Shown one piece after another: positions 46,527-59,938 of a stretch of 64,000 bases of DNA. This DNA is from Scyliorhinus canicula (taxonomy: Eukaryota): the NCBI RefSeq assembly GCF_902713615.1, contig NC_052154.1:175283988-175347987 (forward strand). The letters run 5' to 3'. The notes below the pieces were generated by a model. The model did not search any database. It worked only from the letters and a program-made list of their open reading frames with translations, and was not told where the DNA came from. Position numbers and translations under genes: made by a program. Positions within the stretch are counted from its first letter, which is position 1. Each line of letters opens with the position of its first letter.

Positions 46527-46836
46527 ATAATCTTTATTATTGTCACAAGTAGGCTTACATTAACACAGCAATGACGTTACTGTGAAAATCCCCTGCTCGC
46601 CACACTCCCTCAGTGTACCTGTTGGTGTACACTGAGCGAGAATTCAGAATGTTCAATTCACCTAATAAGCACGTCGTTTGGGACGTGTGGGAGGAAACCG
46701 GAGAACCCGGAGGAAACCCACGCAGACACGGGGAGAACGTGCAGACTCCGCACAGACAGTGACTCAAGCCGGGAATCAAATCTGGGTCTCTGGCGTTGTG
46801 AAGCAACAGTGCTAACACTGTGCTGCGGCACCACCC
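46527..46836 (-). mobile_element. V-SINE (alternative-tail subfamily)
   Basis: Same family as 11031-11313. Confidence 0.85.
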
Positions 46837-47984
46837 GATATAACCATAGCATTAATGGATACAATTTTGTAACAAATTGTATTTAATATTTTTCTGCACT
46901 AAGTTATTTATGCAAAGCTTGGCTCTGATTATAAGAACTCCTGGCCAACAGTCAACAACTTTTTTATACTTTAGAGTCTGCGATAAATCAGTCAATGATA
47001 AGAACCTTTCAAAACAGTTCCACTATTTTAAACCTGTAAATAATCTATTGAAACACATGATTGCTCTGGGCTGGATCAGCCAATGTGGTAGGACTGTAAT
47101 CCTTACCTCTAATCGATTTTTTCAGACAATTTTAACTGGACAATACCAGGCACTTTAGAAGACTGAACTTGCTTGTAGAATTAGAAGGTGCAGAACACTT
47201 GGTAAATACGTAGCATAGGTCCGTGTTGGAGATTTTTGAGAGTTTACAGCTGGGTGCAGATGGTACCAAGCACTACCCTGATGACAGTAACTGTCTGATT
47301 ACTGCCGTACAACAGATGCAATAATGACGTGGCATGTTCCAAATGTACAAGATAACCAATACATCAATGCACACAAGTTACTATCTGCAAAGTTTAATCT
47401 TAAGTCCTTTCTGAACACTCACATCCTCCCAAAACTTGGTAAAACCCTTAAAAGTAAGTTTCCTTAGTTAGTTAGCTTATTATTAATCTCATTTTAAATT
47501 GAAACCGGAGCTTGAGTATGAAGGAGAGACTTTCTGCTGGCTTAGGCCAGTGATAGCAGCACAATCTGGATGGAATTGGACAAACCAGCACAACATAATT
47601 GAGGCATTTTAAATGTGCATGACGCCCAAAACCACTTTGAGAGTTCTGTGATCTGTTACACTAGGTTCAATATTCAACCTGACCCCATGCACCAAGTTGA
47701 GAGATTCCACCAATTGTGCATTTCGGGAAAACATATTCTTTAGATGTTACAGGTGTAGACTCATTTTACGTTTATCATGTCAAAAATATATGCAAAGGAA
47801 CTGACTTGTGTACATCAAGAAATTAGCAAATAGTTCGGGATAGTTTAAAAAAAATTATTTTTAGTGATTTGAAATAAAGTTACATTCAGATGGAGGACTG
47901 CGTACCTTTATAACAAATGCTTATTTTTGGTGATAAACCCATTTTGAACACTTTTGCTCAGCCCATAAGCATAAGCCTGACCCC

Positions 47985-48715
47985 GACCTTCCTGACGCTT
48001 GCGATTGCAACTTAGCATCCTGCTCTCATGCCCACATGTACACCTTTGGCCTGCTGCAATGTTCCAGTGAAGCCCAACGCAAGCTGGAGGAGCTACACCT
48101 CATCTTCTTACTCGGCACGTTACTCAGGACTCAACATTGAGTTCAACAACTTTAGGCTGAGACCTTTCTCCTCCATCTTGACCGTTTTGAAAAATATCCC
48201 AATGCAACACCCCGGTCCCCCCCCTCATCACCGGGCCATCTGTCACTTGTTCTTAAGTTTCTCTTTCACTGAACACTAATTGTTATCCTCCCATTAATTT
48301 ATTGTGATATTTGACCTTTATGCAACTACTAGCACCTTCTCCTGTCATTAACATTTTCTCTGTCTCGTGATCTACGCACCGGAATGTGGCGACTAAGGGC
48401 CTTTCACAGTAACTTTATAACTTAATTGAAGCCTACTTGTGACAATAAGCGATTATTACTTATCTTGTTGCAATCTCTCCGAGCTCCCACCAATCACTGA
48501 CCTTTTTTCTCCTCTGCTCCAGCTGTTCCACCCGCTCTTATACACTCTATCACCCAACACATTCCCTCTCTCTATAGCTCTGAAGAAGAGTCAGATGGAT
48601 TTGAAACGTTCTTTCTATTTTTTCTCTCTCCACAGATTGTTGCCAGACCTGCTAAGTTTTTCCAGCATTTTGTTTTTGTTTCAGATTCCAGCATCCATAA
48701 TATTTTGCTTTGATG
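47985..48715 (+). mobile_element. Penelope-like 3' end, same family as 38290-39160, with a hammerhead remnant at 48576-48610
   Basis: GLLQCSSEAQRKLEE-like coding remnant, and AGCT-CTGAAGA-A-GAGTC-AGATG-GATTT-GAAACGTT. Confidence 0.8.
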
Positions 48716-48765
48716 TTGTTAATAAAGGTTAATAAAGGCACCAGGTTTCCACTCTTAAATACACC

Positions 48766-49364
48766 AGGTGGGATTCTCCACCCCGCGCCGGGTTGGAGAA
48801 TCGCTGGGGGCGGTGGGGGGGCGCGAATTGGCCGGTCCGCCATCGGCACCGGCGCGGTTGCCATGGCGCCAGTTGGGGGCCGCTCAACACCCCTCCCCAC
48901 CCCCCTGCCGGCGATTCTCCGCACGCGATGGGCCGAGTGCCCGCCGAGTTAGGCCGAGTCCCGCTGCGTCGTTCTCGTATGGTCCTACTCGGCGGGACCT
49001 CGGCGTTCATGCTGCGGGGGGTGGCCTGGTTGGGGGGGGGGGGGGGGGGGGGAGGGGGTACCGACCCCGGAGCGGGGTGGGGGGGGGGGGGGCATCCACA
49101 GTGGCCTGGCCCGCGATCGGGACTTATCCCAGCGCCGGGCCCCTGTAGGTCTCCGCCATGTTGCATCGGGGCCGTCGCGGAGACGGCAACCCACACGCAT
49201 GCACAAACGCGCGCCTGCTAACGCAGGGTGAGGCTCTCCAGTGCCGGGCTGGCCCCTGTGCGGCACAGGATCGCTGATCCTAGGGGCCAGATGACGCCGT
49301 CGTAAAACGCTCCGGCGTTTACAACAGCGTCAACACTTAGCCCCAGGATTGGCAAATCCCACCC
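48766..49364. mobile_element. GC-rich TIR element, same family as 24371-25082
   Basis: GGTGGGATT ... AATCCCACC termini. Confidence 0.8.
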
Positions 49365-49689
49365 AGCACCTTCAGTAGAAAAGACAGAATTATGTTTCAT
49401 TATTCAGCCTCATTGTGCTGGCTCATTGACGCTTTTACATTTGTGATGAAGCAAATTAGTTTCAGCAGAAACTTGAACTGTGACCTAACCTGTGCAATTA
49501 TGAGCATATTTTGTGACCGTAATTTCCTGATCCTGCCCAAAGTGGAAACTGTGCTCTAATTTAGCAAAACATTTTCGAAAAGAATTACCTAGTTTTGGTG
49601 CATGATTTGGAAGACAGGTTATGTTTACGTGAAGTTGTTTGTGTTATAATACAAATGCACACTAATGTTAATTCAGTAACCAAGCACCT

Positions 49690-49870
49690 TTTGATTACAA
49701 GGTGATCTTGTGGTGTAGTGGGTACTGTCCCCGTCTCTGAGCCAGGCACTCCAGGTTCAAGTCCCACCCCTGGATTTGATGGCCAATGAAGGTATGTTCA
49801 TCAAGCGGCCAATCAGGTTAAATATCAACCTGTAAATCCTCCATCACGATCCAATGGCAGATGGTAAGAG
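49690..49870 (+). mobile_element. tRNA-derived SINE head of a third family
   Basis: A-box TGGTGTAGTGG and B-box GGTTCAAGTCCC. Confidence 0.55.
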
Positions 49871-52154
49871 CGGGAGAGGTTCCATCGGAGCTTCTCCCAT
49901 CACTATCCACACCTTCAGACGCCAACTTGCAGGAAAAAGTGCATGACTGTAACACATGATTGTATAGAATTCATAAGATAATTTTTGGCATAATTTGAGA
50001 CTTCTAATGGAAACATTCCTGATTTATTTCCCATAGATATAGTCACGATATACTACTAGAAATAGGAAAATAATGGGCAGGATCCTCCAGAATCGGGAAA
50101 CGCGATTGGGCGGAGGATCGGTTTTGCTGCCGAAATTGTGGCGGCTGCCGGTTTCACGCTAAATTACAATTCTCCATTGTCTCTATAGCGGCATTAATGC
50201 GTTCCAGAATGCACATACAGCACATTCCAGAATGCACATACAGTAAACGGCATTGGCATATCATTAGCAGGCCTGACCCGGTGTTCCCAGGTCCTCCGTG
50301 ATTCTCCGCATCCACTGTGGTGAATTCCCCACGCCGAGGTTCACTTGTGCTTTTAAAAATCGTGAAACATACGCCGTGGCTGCTGAGGGAGAGAGAGGAG
50401 GTACGGAAAGTGTCCAATATCGCCATAGTTTGCTGACAGTTGTACCACTGGCTGGGGGGGCTTCTGTGTAGTGGAGAGTTGGCCTGGAGGATAGTGTGGG
50501 AAGGTGAAATTGAGCTGGAAGATCAGTCTTTATCTTGTTGAATGGCAGAATGGGCTTGAGGGGTCGAATGGCCTCCTCCAGTTCCTGTTCCTTATGTAAT
50601 CTTGATGAAGTTCTGCTCTTATGATACAACCCCAAACTTTGCATTCCCTCTCATGCTAACGGCCCATTGTGCTTAGTTAACTGACATCATGAACTCAACC
50701 AAGGTGATTTTAACACTGCCTTTATCACCTGCCACTGGCGATTCACCACCACCAACAGACAGCTGCTCTGGCACCCTAACACCCCGTCAATCTCCATTCA
50801 ACTGAACAAATGAGTCTCAGCCAGGCTGATCCACCCCCAGTCCAGACCATCTCTTCAGCGTTCTTCACCTCTTGGTCTACATCAGCAACATGAATTTATG
50901 TTAGCCTAATATATAGTGTATGCAACAATATTTCTCTTTACCGCAGCACTTACATGAGCAGCTTACACATACATGCCTCAGTGTTGAAGCATGTGCCAGA
51001 TCTCACACTCTTAACTGCAGCATGCAGATGTGACCTTTTCCTTAGACCTCTCTGTGGATGAGCCAAGCTACTCACCTTGCTGAATACAGCAGGTCATTGA
51101 ACCTTTTCTTGCACTGAACGAGGGAATGCCTGTGCTCTCTATTGCGCTTATCCCAGTTGTAAATTGTGTTCAGACCTTCTTGGTTGTGGCAGATGGATAT
51201 CGAGGGCCACCTGGGTAGAGGGTAGATTTCCTGCTCTGGACTCCTTCCTGATCAGAGAAGCGGGGGCAGCTGGTTCCATCCCTTACCCCACAGCTCCCCA
51301 GTGTGACATTCAATCAATGAAAATGTAAGGATAAAAGAGTCCTGGGCCAGTCCGATTACAATGCTCTCATTCACTTTTACAGCCACTCAACAGTTTCACC
51401 ACATCGTCAATGATTACTGTTAACAGCGTGGTGGAGACGTGCAATTTATGTTGCGGCTCTGTGACCCCAAGGCAGCGAGCTGTGTTCCGTGACCACTGAT
51501 GCCCTACTGGTTTACTCCCTTTAAGTCAGGCTGCTATGCCATGACAGTACGCAGCTGTGAAGGAGCTGGTGAAGGGACAACAGTGTGGGCACATCTTGAT
51601 AGATGGGTGACAAGAGGGCAAGTGGCTGGGATTATGAGCATGGTACTGTTCATCGTTCATCCACTGAGTCGCGGTAACTAACTACGTGACTGCAGCATAT
51701 CTGAATGAGGTAAGGGTGGTAAGACAGTACCATCTCCCTGACTGTGCTGTGAACCCACACCATGCTTTCAATGGTTCACTTTGATTAGGCAGCAATGATG
51801 ACAATTCTCCCATAGGGAAAGCCCATGATGGGCCATCTGTTTCAGAGTCAGCCATCAGTTGAACAACGTATAGATTGCTCACACTCGCCTGACAAGTCAA
51901 TGATATCCCCTCTGAGGCACAGGGACTTCACCATGGATGAACAAACCCCTCAAATATGCCTTTCCGAAGGTCCACTTTTCATGTGCACCCAAGTTCCCTG
52001 ACCCAAGCCGGGCAAGCCTCCGACCTGTCAATACTCCAATGTTGCCTACCCTGACTCATAATATAGCCCGCCACCGCAGAACACAAATCTAATGCGCATT
52101 TCTAAAGGCACATCTTAGGCATCTAATGCGCATTTCTAAAGTCAGGTTGCTTCC

Positions 52155-52400
52155 AAAAATCCAGACCATGGTCTTTGTTGCCAGAAATATCCAAGAAAAA
52201 TGTCAAGAACAACGCCACAAACCTCATTGCATTCATCGACGTGACCAAAGCATTTAAATAAAAGCAAAATACTGAAGATGCTGTAAACCTGAAATGAAAA
52301 CTGAAAGTGCAAGAAAAACTCAGCAGGACTGGCAGTATCTGTGGAAAAACAAACAGCTAACTTTTTGAGTCGAAAAAGACTTTTTCCAGAACTGCCGGAG
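52155..52400. mobile_element. RTE-type RT remnant (+) abutting a decayed Penelope terminal repeat (-)
   Basis: MVFVARNIQEKCQEQ...AFIDVTKAF, followed by a decayed copy of the 38290-38430 sequence. Confidence 0.6.
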
Positions 52401-52699
52401 TTGCACTTTGACTGTACTATCTTGAGTGGTAGATCAGAAACTGATGTCTTTGAAATCTGGACTGGATTGGGGTACCAGGGATGGGACCGTAGATCAGGAA
52501 ATGCACTCGGTTTTAATTGGTTAAGGTATCATCAGCTGTTAAGTGGAAGGCTGAATTTTAAATGTTGCAAAGTGAACATTCTAGATTCTAGAAATCTTGC
52601 TCTAATTTTACTGTTAACTGAAAATCACTATTCTGCAACGTGTAGTTTTTCAATGCCCAGGGATTATCACCTCCACAACTGAAGGTGGGTGGAGTTAAT

Positions 52700-54156
52700 G
52701 ATGCAATTCTCCGGAAAAATGTGGCAGCAGCTGTCAGCTCGGGGAGTATGACTAGGAAGACTGACCTTTAGAACAGGAAGAAGGTCAATGACCTACACCG
52801 GGCAACACGAGTGAGTAGATACCCAATGGTGCCGCCCCCCCGGTGAAGGGAGCATCTGGTCCCAACACCCCATGCGAGCCCCAGCCCTCTCTCCACCCCC
52901 TCCCCCCTCAGCATCTCCCCCCTCCTTACACCCCCTCTCCCCCCACTGTAAACCGCACATGTGGTTAACGATGCCTTCTCTGTGTCTCCTCGGGAAAAGC
53001 TCTCCCATAATTGTCGGGAGTGGGCCCAGTCTGGTGAAGGGGTGCTGGACTTGATAACCCTCACCTCCTTTAAGGGGTGGGCCCTGGAGTTGGCCAGTGT
53101 GGCCGAGGACAGATGGGTCAGCCACGCGGAGGCTGGCGGACGCCGCAGAGGTGAGGACCCACCGGATTCCACCCGGAGGACCTGTCAAACACGAGTTGTT
53201 ATTGCCTTACTGACTGACCCATCCCTCCCATTGACCACATGTCCATTCTCCCACAGGTCCAGCAGCCGACGGCGCCAGCCCATCGCGGGGGCCCCCTCTC
53301 CTGACTCCGAGGAGATCGCCTCAGAGGAGAGCTCCAAGGATGCATGCGTGGTCGCGGCACAGCTGTCATCCCCATCCCCACCAGTGCAGATGTGGACATG
53401 CCAGTGGACAGGCTTCTGGGGCACAATCTGGTGAGCACCACCGCTAATGATGTACATCAGGTGGAGGCAGGAACCCCCAGGCGTGACAACAGTTGGAGAG
53501 CTGCTGGATCCCAAGACCCAACTGGGTCCCAGCCGGATGCTGAGCCTGTGGAACCCTTTGTCCTCGGTCCCCGATACCCCGTTTTGCTGGGGGCTAGCAG
53601 GGAGGCAGCATAGAGCTCGCAGCTCCAGCTGCCGATATGGCCCGCGGCACTTCCAGTTCAGAGGCCGCACACGGTCTGCAGCAGCCGCGCCGTGCTCCAT
53701 GGTGGACTCACCCGCGTACCTGGACCGCCAAAGCAGTACCCCCCATTTGGCCGCTTGCGCGCCTCGGACCGCCCGCCCACAGTGCCCCCAGCCCCAACTG
53801 AAGCCCCCCCTGCCCGCCGATCGGCCCTCCCCCGACTGTGGCGGCCCCGGACCGCGTCCGCAGCCGACATGCCGAGTTCACGAATGGTGTGAGCAGACAT
53901 AACCCACACTGTCGGGAACTCGGCCGGTTGGGGTTGGAGCATCGCAGGGCTGTCCTCAGGCAATGGCCTGAGTCGGTGGATACTCGGCGCGGCGTACTCT
54001 AAAGTACACCGCTTTTCAGGAGACGGAGAATTCAAAAACCAGCGGCGCTCCCGATTTTGGAGGCAAAACGGATTCTCCGCCCCGTCGCCAAACGCGATTT
54101 TGGCGTCGGGGAGCGAAGAATCCAGCCCTTAGTCTCCAAGACGGAGAATCCGGCCC
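52700..54156. mobile_element. Larger GC-rich TIR element or elements, Harbinger-type inferred
   Basis: Ends GAAGAATCCAGCCC (54128) and GGAGAATCCGGCCC (54156) match the MITE termini. GC-rich interior. Confidence 0.55.
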
Positions 54157-57100
54157 CAAATGTCTCTCTAATTCATATATAAGAATGGACATGCCTTAAT
54201 TATTACCCAAAGCAATTTTGAAATGATTTGATGGGGTAATCCAGTCCTTGATGCCCACTCTGGTTCTGAATGAAGTATGTTTGGAGCATCAGTCTGCTGC
54301 AGTGCTAACGTGTGACTTGACACTTTCGTGAGGAAACCGAAAAAGTGAAAAAATGCACCATTTTGAATCTGATGTTTCAAATGTATGATATACCGTAAAC
54401 TGATCACTGGAATAGAATTCTCTAGTCTTTAATATTATGATTATAGAGGGTGCACACTGCCTCTCTCTGACTGTTTACATTCTTTATAATGTACCTTGCC
54501 AAATGTTACATTTTTTTGTGGTTGTTACTGTATGAAGAACTCTTCGAAGAATGGGAGCTGACAGATGCTACATCTCATTAGTCAAAACCACAGAAAAACA
54601 GTTCTTTGCCTTGTTTAATTCATCACAAACGAACTCTTCTCCAAGATTTAGAGACTTAGATTAGTAAGCTTACAGCTTGGCTTATTTAAAAAAATTAATA
54701 TTTAGATGCCATTCTCATTATGGACAGAAAATGAAGTCCTGGATTTTTAATGTTCAGGTGCAAGGTGAAGTCAGCTCATTATAATATATATTTGATCCTC
54801 TTAGTATTGTTGGGACAGGATAAAGATAAGGGGCAGATTATCTACGACAAGAGCTCCAAAGAGGCTGATGGTCACTTTAAAGCAACTGAGGGCATAAATG
54901 GCAATGGATGAGTTTGAGTAATGCCCCTTTCAGTAACATAGCTTTAGAGTTCTTGCAGGAAAGGCTGGCTTAAACAGCAATGTCAAAGTAACATGGATGA
55001 TGGAGATAGAACATGTGGATTTTACGTTGCCCAAGGTCAAAACCTAGCAGCAGGAGGGAAGACATTTGCTGGGCTTTGCAATGTTTCTCAGGTAAGTGTA
55101 CGAATGTATGAATGTATGTCGTTTTCAGCAAGCATAAGTTAGCCACATTACCAGCTTGACTGATTATCTTAAATCGGTTGTTAGTGTAGCTATTAGGCCA
55201 CTCAGCAATGTTAGCCATAGGCTGTACGTCCAAGGGATTGACTGATTGAAACAAGCAGCATGTTCCTTCAGTTACTCATATTAGGCAGCGTATAGACTAT
55301 GCTCATCCAGCCCATTCTTGCAAAAGTCACTTAGATGTGATGCCACGATAGGGCGGCACTGTCACTCAATTTGTTCTATGCTATGTAATGTTGACCATAT
55401 GTCTCTTAGAAGCACTAAATACGCTGTCAGAACAAGGAGCCTCAAATCTCATGTTCATATGCACAGAAGGTGACTGAAGACTTGAATGATTGGATGGCAC
55501 ATGTCTACTGTTTTACTCTCTTCCTGACATATATATCCCTTTTATCTTTGAAGATGTGACACCTTCCTAGCGCTAGAGAGAAAAGGAATAAAATAAAACA
55601 TACCAACCATGTGAGTTTGGGGAGGACCTTCCATCTGCCCGATCCCACTGCCTCTTTGCCACCACCCCAGAATCTCTATGACTCTTTCCTCATAAAGACT
55701 GAAGGGTTACAGCTTCCCCAATTGCATTTTCTGTCTCCAGTTACCTCTGAAGACAGGTGACTATGTACATGTTCACTTACGGGAGCCTGACCCTGTGTTT
55801 ATGGGTGGCACGGAGCACGTTCGGACGAGTGGTTGCTTGTCAGGCCTCGATGAACGCGAAGATTATTACCGCTTTCTTAACTTTGTTTCCATGAGCTATG
55901 ACCTCCGATGTTGGGAACTGAAAGGAGTCACGTGTTGGCTGAGGTCCTGTCTGCTGGCTCAGGTAGATCTAAAAATAATCCCATGACAGTTTTTGCAGAG
56001 GAGCAGTGAGCTCTCCCAGTGTTCAGAATTATTTCCTTAACCGGCAGCACTGAAACAGATTAACTAGACATGCATCCCGATTGCTGTTTGTGGAATCTGC
56101 AAATTGTTGGCGGTGGCACATTTTGGGACATCTTAAGAATGTAAAATGTGCTTTATAAATTACAAGTTACTCATTCTTTCGACAGGAAAATTATTCTGCT
56201 ACTTGTCTGAAGATAAACAATGCAATGAGCACGATTATTTGCACACAATGGTGCTATAAGAAAGTTGTCTGATCACTTACTTGATAACAGTTGCCTTCTC
56301 CAGGATATCATTTGCCTCTCCAGGGTGTCAGTTGTCACCTCACCAAATATATACGTAATATCATTGATTAAAAGATATTCCAAACAGACTTTCCAGGTAA
56401 ATTCTTTTAAATTCTGCAGCAGTTTGTATGTTTCCTAACTCAGTTGTCAGTGATAGAAGTCAAAACAATCGATAGCAAGAATGTTTCCTGTTACAAAACC
56501 ACTGGGTTTTGCATAAACCATTCAGAATGCCTTGTGTAAACATTTTGTGCAGGTTCATTCGAGATTCCCCAGAGAACAGATTTGCAGAAGTTTGAGTTTT
56601 GTTCTATTACAGACTTTAACTGTTATTTTTTAAAATGCTAGACAGCATGCTTCATGATGCGGCATCCTTCTTTCATTGTCAAAAAGCATTTTACATTTCA
56701 GAAACGTGTCAGAGTATTTTATGTTCCATTTTGCTTTGGAAGCTTCTCAGTAAAAATGCCAGAAATGTGTTTCTTAAGCAGTTCAATTTTATCACCTTTA
56801 ATGATAAATCACAATTACGCCAGTAAAAAGCAAGCAATGGCAAGTCTGCCATTCCCAATAAAAATCTTGCTGGAATTAATTTCAGCAAGACACATAGCCC
56901 TGTTTGGTGCTTTTTTGTCCTTGGGTTTCCTCTTAGTTTTGTGAGCTGCATATATACAGCAGTTTTTGCTGTAGAATTTTAAAAAAAAGTCACATATGTC
57001 CTTGCTATTCACCATATTGTAAACTGATGAAAATGGCCAAGAAGTTCGGTGACACCATGCCTGTAATTCAGACACCAAGTGGGTGTTACAGAATCCGATA

Positions 57101-57229
57101 TGGTGAACGCGCATTATAGATTGCTCTATTGGGTTAGACAGCCCTGTCCACGGTACCAGCCAGGACTATTGGAGATAATGACAAAAATATTCAAATTAGG
57201 GTCTTACACCTGCTGCTTTAGGGGCACTC

Positions 57230-57497
57230 TTGTGAGACATTATTTTTTAAAAGTTGCTTTTCATGGTTGAATAAAGCCACCATTGTCCCAGATGACCATA
57301 AGCTGCTCTCCTCTTTGAGGGGGAGAGCTGATTGGTGGCGATTTAACCTCAGGGTCACCACACCTCAGGCAAGGGGCAAAGTTGAGAAGTCAGGGCCTTC
57401 ATGAATAACCTCAGCTGGTATAGGACTTGAACCCGCACTGTTGGCCTTGCTTTGCATCACGAACCAGTTATCCAGCCAACCGAGCTAAACTGGCCCT
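57230..57497 (-). mobile_element. tRNA-derived SINE of a further family
   Basis: On -, head GGGCCAGTTTAGCTCGGTTGG with B-box GGGTTCAAGTCC. Confidence 0.65.
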
Positions 57498-58673
57498 CAT
57501 GATTGAATAGTTGGTATGCAGTGTCTAAGATGTTGGGTGTGGGAAAACACGGGTTGCAATAGTGGTGAGTGTGTGAACATGAAGAGGAGATGGTGGAGTG
57601 ATTATGGGAGTGTGAAGAGAAACAGGGTAGGATGTATTGTGCATAGTGAGGTTAGAGGTGTGAGCAGATAATTAGAGAGCAGTATTCTTCCCTTAACAAC
57701 CTGGTCAATTCATTGATTTTTTTTCCCCCCAGCATTGTAGTCATGACCTGGAAGATAAGTTCCTGGCATTGGCCTCATCAGCACCCTCTTTTCATTGGTA
57801 GCAAAGGTGTAATCTGGAGGACTTCCTGCCCCAAACAGAGACTAGGATTTCCATTCTTCTGTCCACTGTCTGCATCAGGGGTACTCTGCCTAAACCCCTT
57901 GCAGTCAAATTATCCCTTTGAAGATGACTCTTCATGTCTGCAGCCAAAGTGCACCTATCCTTTATAGGTGCTCAATCCCTTTAAGTGATGTTGAAGATGT
58001 CCAGTTTCCTGAGAGAATCTTCTGGCAACCTCACATTTGTAATTTTACATGGAAGTTCTGAAGTTCCGGTCAATGATTCCATGCTCCTCCAGAGATTGTG
58101 TTGAAGTCTCTACAGATGGAATTCATTATTATAAAAATTCCAACGATTTAAAAAAAATGTTTTAAAGTTTGTTTATGGTTTTTTGCTTTCTTTCAAAGTC
58201 CTACTTACATCCTAACCTTTATTTTGCTGTGAAGTGATTAAAAAATGAAGGATAATCACTAGATTTTGTTTCCTGGTTTAAAAACAAAAACATGGCTGGA
58301 AATACGCAGCAGGTGAGGCAGCACCTATTGGAGAGAAACCGAGAATGAGCTCGATGACCTTTCATCAGAACTGGCTACTTCCTAGTTGACTGTTGGTGAG
58401 AATCCTTCAATGTGATTGGTTCCTTAACCTTTCTGATGACAGCAATATTGCTGGACACTGACAGAATTCAGACTCCCCGATAGTTGTCGGCAGGAAGGTG
58501 AAATACCTGCCACAGAGGTTGCTGGATCTTTGTGGGCAATGTTCTTTGACACTAGTGTTGAGTGCCCTCGCTTCACCACTAACCAAAATATATACAGGTA
58601 CATATTTTATATCTTTCATTTAACTATTCCCACCCTCCTTATGTATTCTAGATTAAATATCTCTGCATTCGAT

Positions 58674-58803
58674 ATGCCTGCTGTGTTTGGATCCCAAACT
58701 ATGGAGGAAGGATTAATAGTCTTTGATGTTTTGGATAGATTTTGTAGCAGCCATGAGCAAACGTATGCTGAATTCCTGAAATCGTTTATGCACTTAAAAA
58801 AAG
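58674..58803 (+). CDS. IFTAP: IFTAP (C11orf74/NWC) first coding exon; exon starts at 58652
   Basis: Acceptor ttctAG ends at 58651, ATG at 58674, donor AAG|GTAAGC at 58804 (phase 1). Peptide MPAVFGSQTMEEGLIVFDVLDRFCSSHEQTYAEFLKSFMHLKK resembles the IFTAP N-terminus as I recall it (DVLDKF..HEQTY.EEFL..F.HL). Synteny with RAG2 fits. Confidence 0.88.
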
Positions 58804-59195
58804 GTAAGCATTTTCGTCAGAAGATGAATATTAAATGATGGATGAAGATGAGGAAAGCATAGAGAGATGCTTTCCCTTTTTGGGCATAATTGGTAATTCC
58901 AGTGCAAATAATGTCTGCACTGCATTTGTTTTAAAAGGTGTTCCTCCTCACCAGCTATAGGATCCGGCCAATCCTATTTGCATGTCGCCAATGTAAAATC
59001 TGCAATGAAATTGTGTAATTAGTCAGCATATTAAAAAATAATTTAAATTAGAAGTCAATCCCTGACATATTTTAAAGATGGTAACATGGTAAAGTTTAAT
59101 TAATTTAACTGAAAAAGGGTTTCTCATAAGAAAATAATCATTTTAAATCCGTGTCAATTCACCACTTGCGACTACCCTGATTTTAAACGATGAAA

Positions 59196-59376
59196 GTCCA
59201 AAGATGTGCAGGGTAGGTGGGTTAGCTATGCTAAATTGTCCCGTAGTGTCCAAGGATGTATGGGGTCAAGGGAATAGGGTGGCGTGGGTGGACCTGGGTG
59301 GAGCGCTCTTTCGAAGGGTCAGTGCAGATGCAATGGGCTGAATGGCCTCCTTCTGCACTGTAGGGATTGGGATTCT
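59196..59376 (+). mobile_element. V-SINE 3' half
   Basis: GTCCAAAGATGTGCAG through GAATGGCCTCCTTCTGCACTGTAGGGATT. Confidence 0.8.
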
Positions 59377-59938
59377 TTGAAACATGACAAAATATATAGA
59401 AAATTATTTTCTAGTTAAATTGGCATGTTCGGTTCCTTTGCAAATGGAAAATAATCCAGGTGAAACCTTTTAAAATGAACCTATTTAAGTCATTGTGCCT
59501 ATAAATGAACACAATTAGTGGAAACTCCCAATGGAGATTAATTCACTCTGGGGAGCATGGAGAGTTTTGTGAGCGGGGCCTGCTTGGAGGATAAATTTTT
59601 CGCTCCCACTAGCAGCCGGATTTCTGGTGGGCTGAAAAACAAAATTAGGCATGAGGCCAAAAATCGGATGGTGGAAAAACAAGTTGGAATTTCCCCTCAG
59701 GGCTTTTATGGTGGTCTCATGGCAGATCGACTTTCCTGCTGATCCCTGTCGGGAATGCAATTTACATATAATAGCATGTCATGAATACTCATTAAAATCA
59801 CAACTCGCCAGATGCACGTTCTCTCTTCTAACTTAGTGCCGTGTCAGTGGCTAATTAGACCAGTCTGATTTACAACTGGATAAAAGTGTTTGCACCTACC
59901 CACCATTTTTCACTCATGATTTTGAGGTGTGTATACGT

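Noticed and set aside
15208-49095. Long poly-C and poly-G tracts (15208, 24412, 24531, 49030) as G-quadruplex elements
   Set aside because: They are homopolymers inside repeat interiors, and their lengths are prone to sequencing error.
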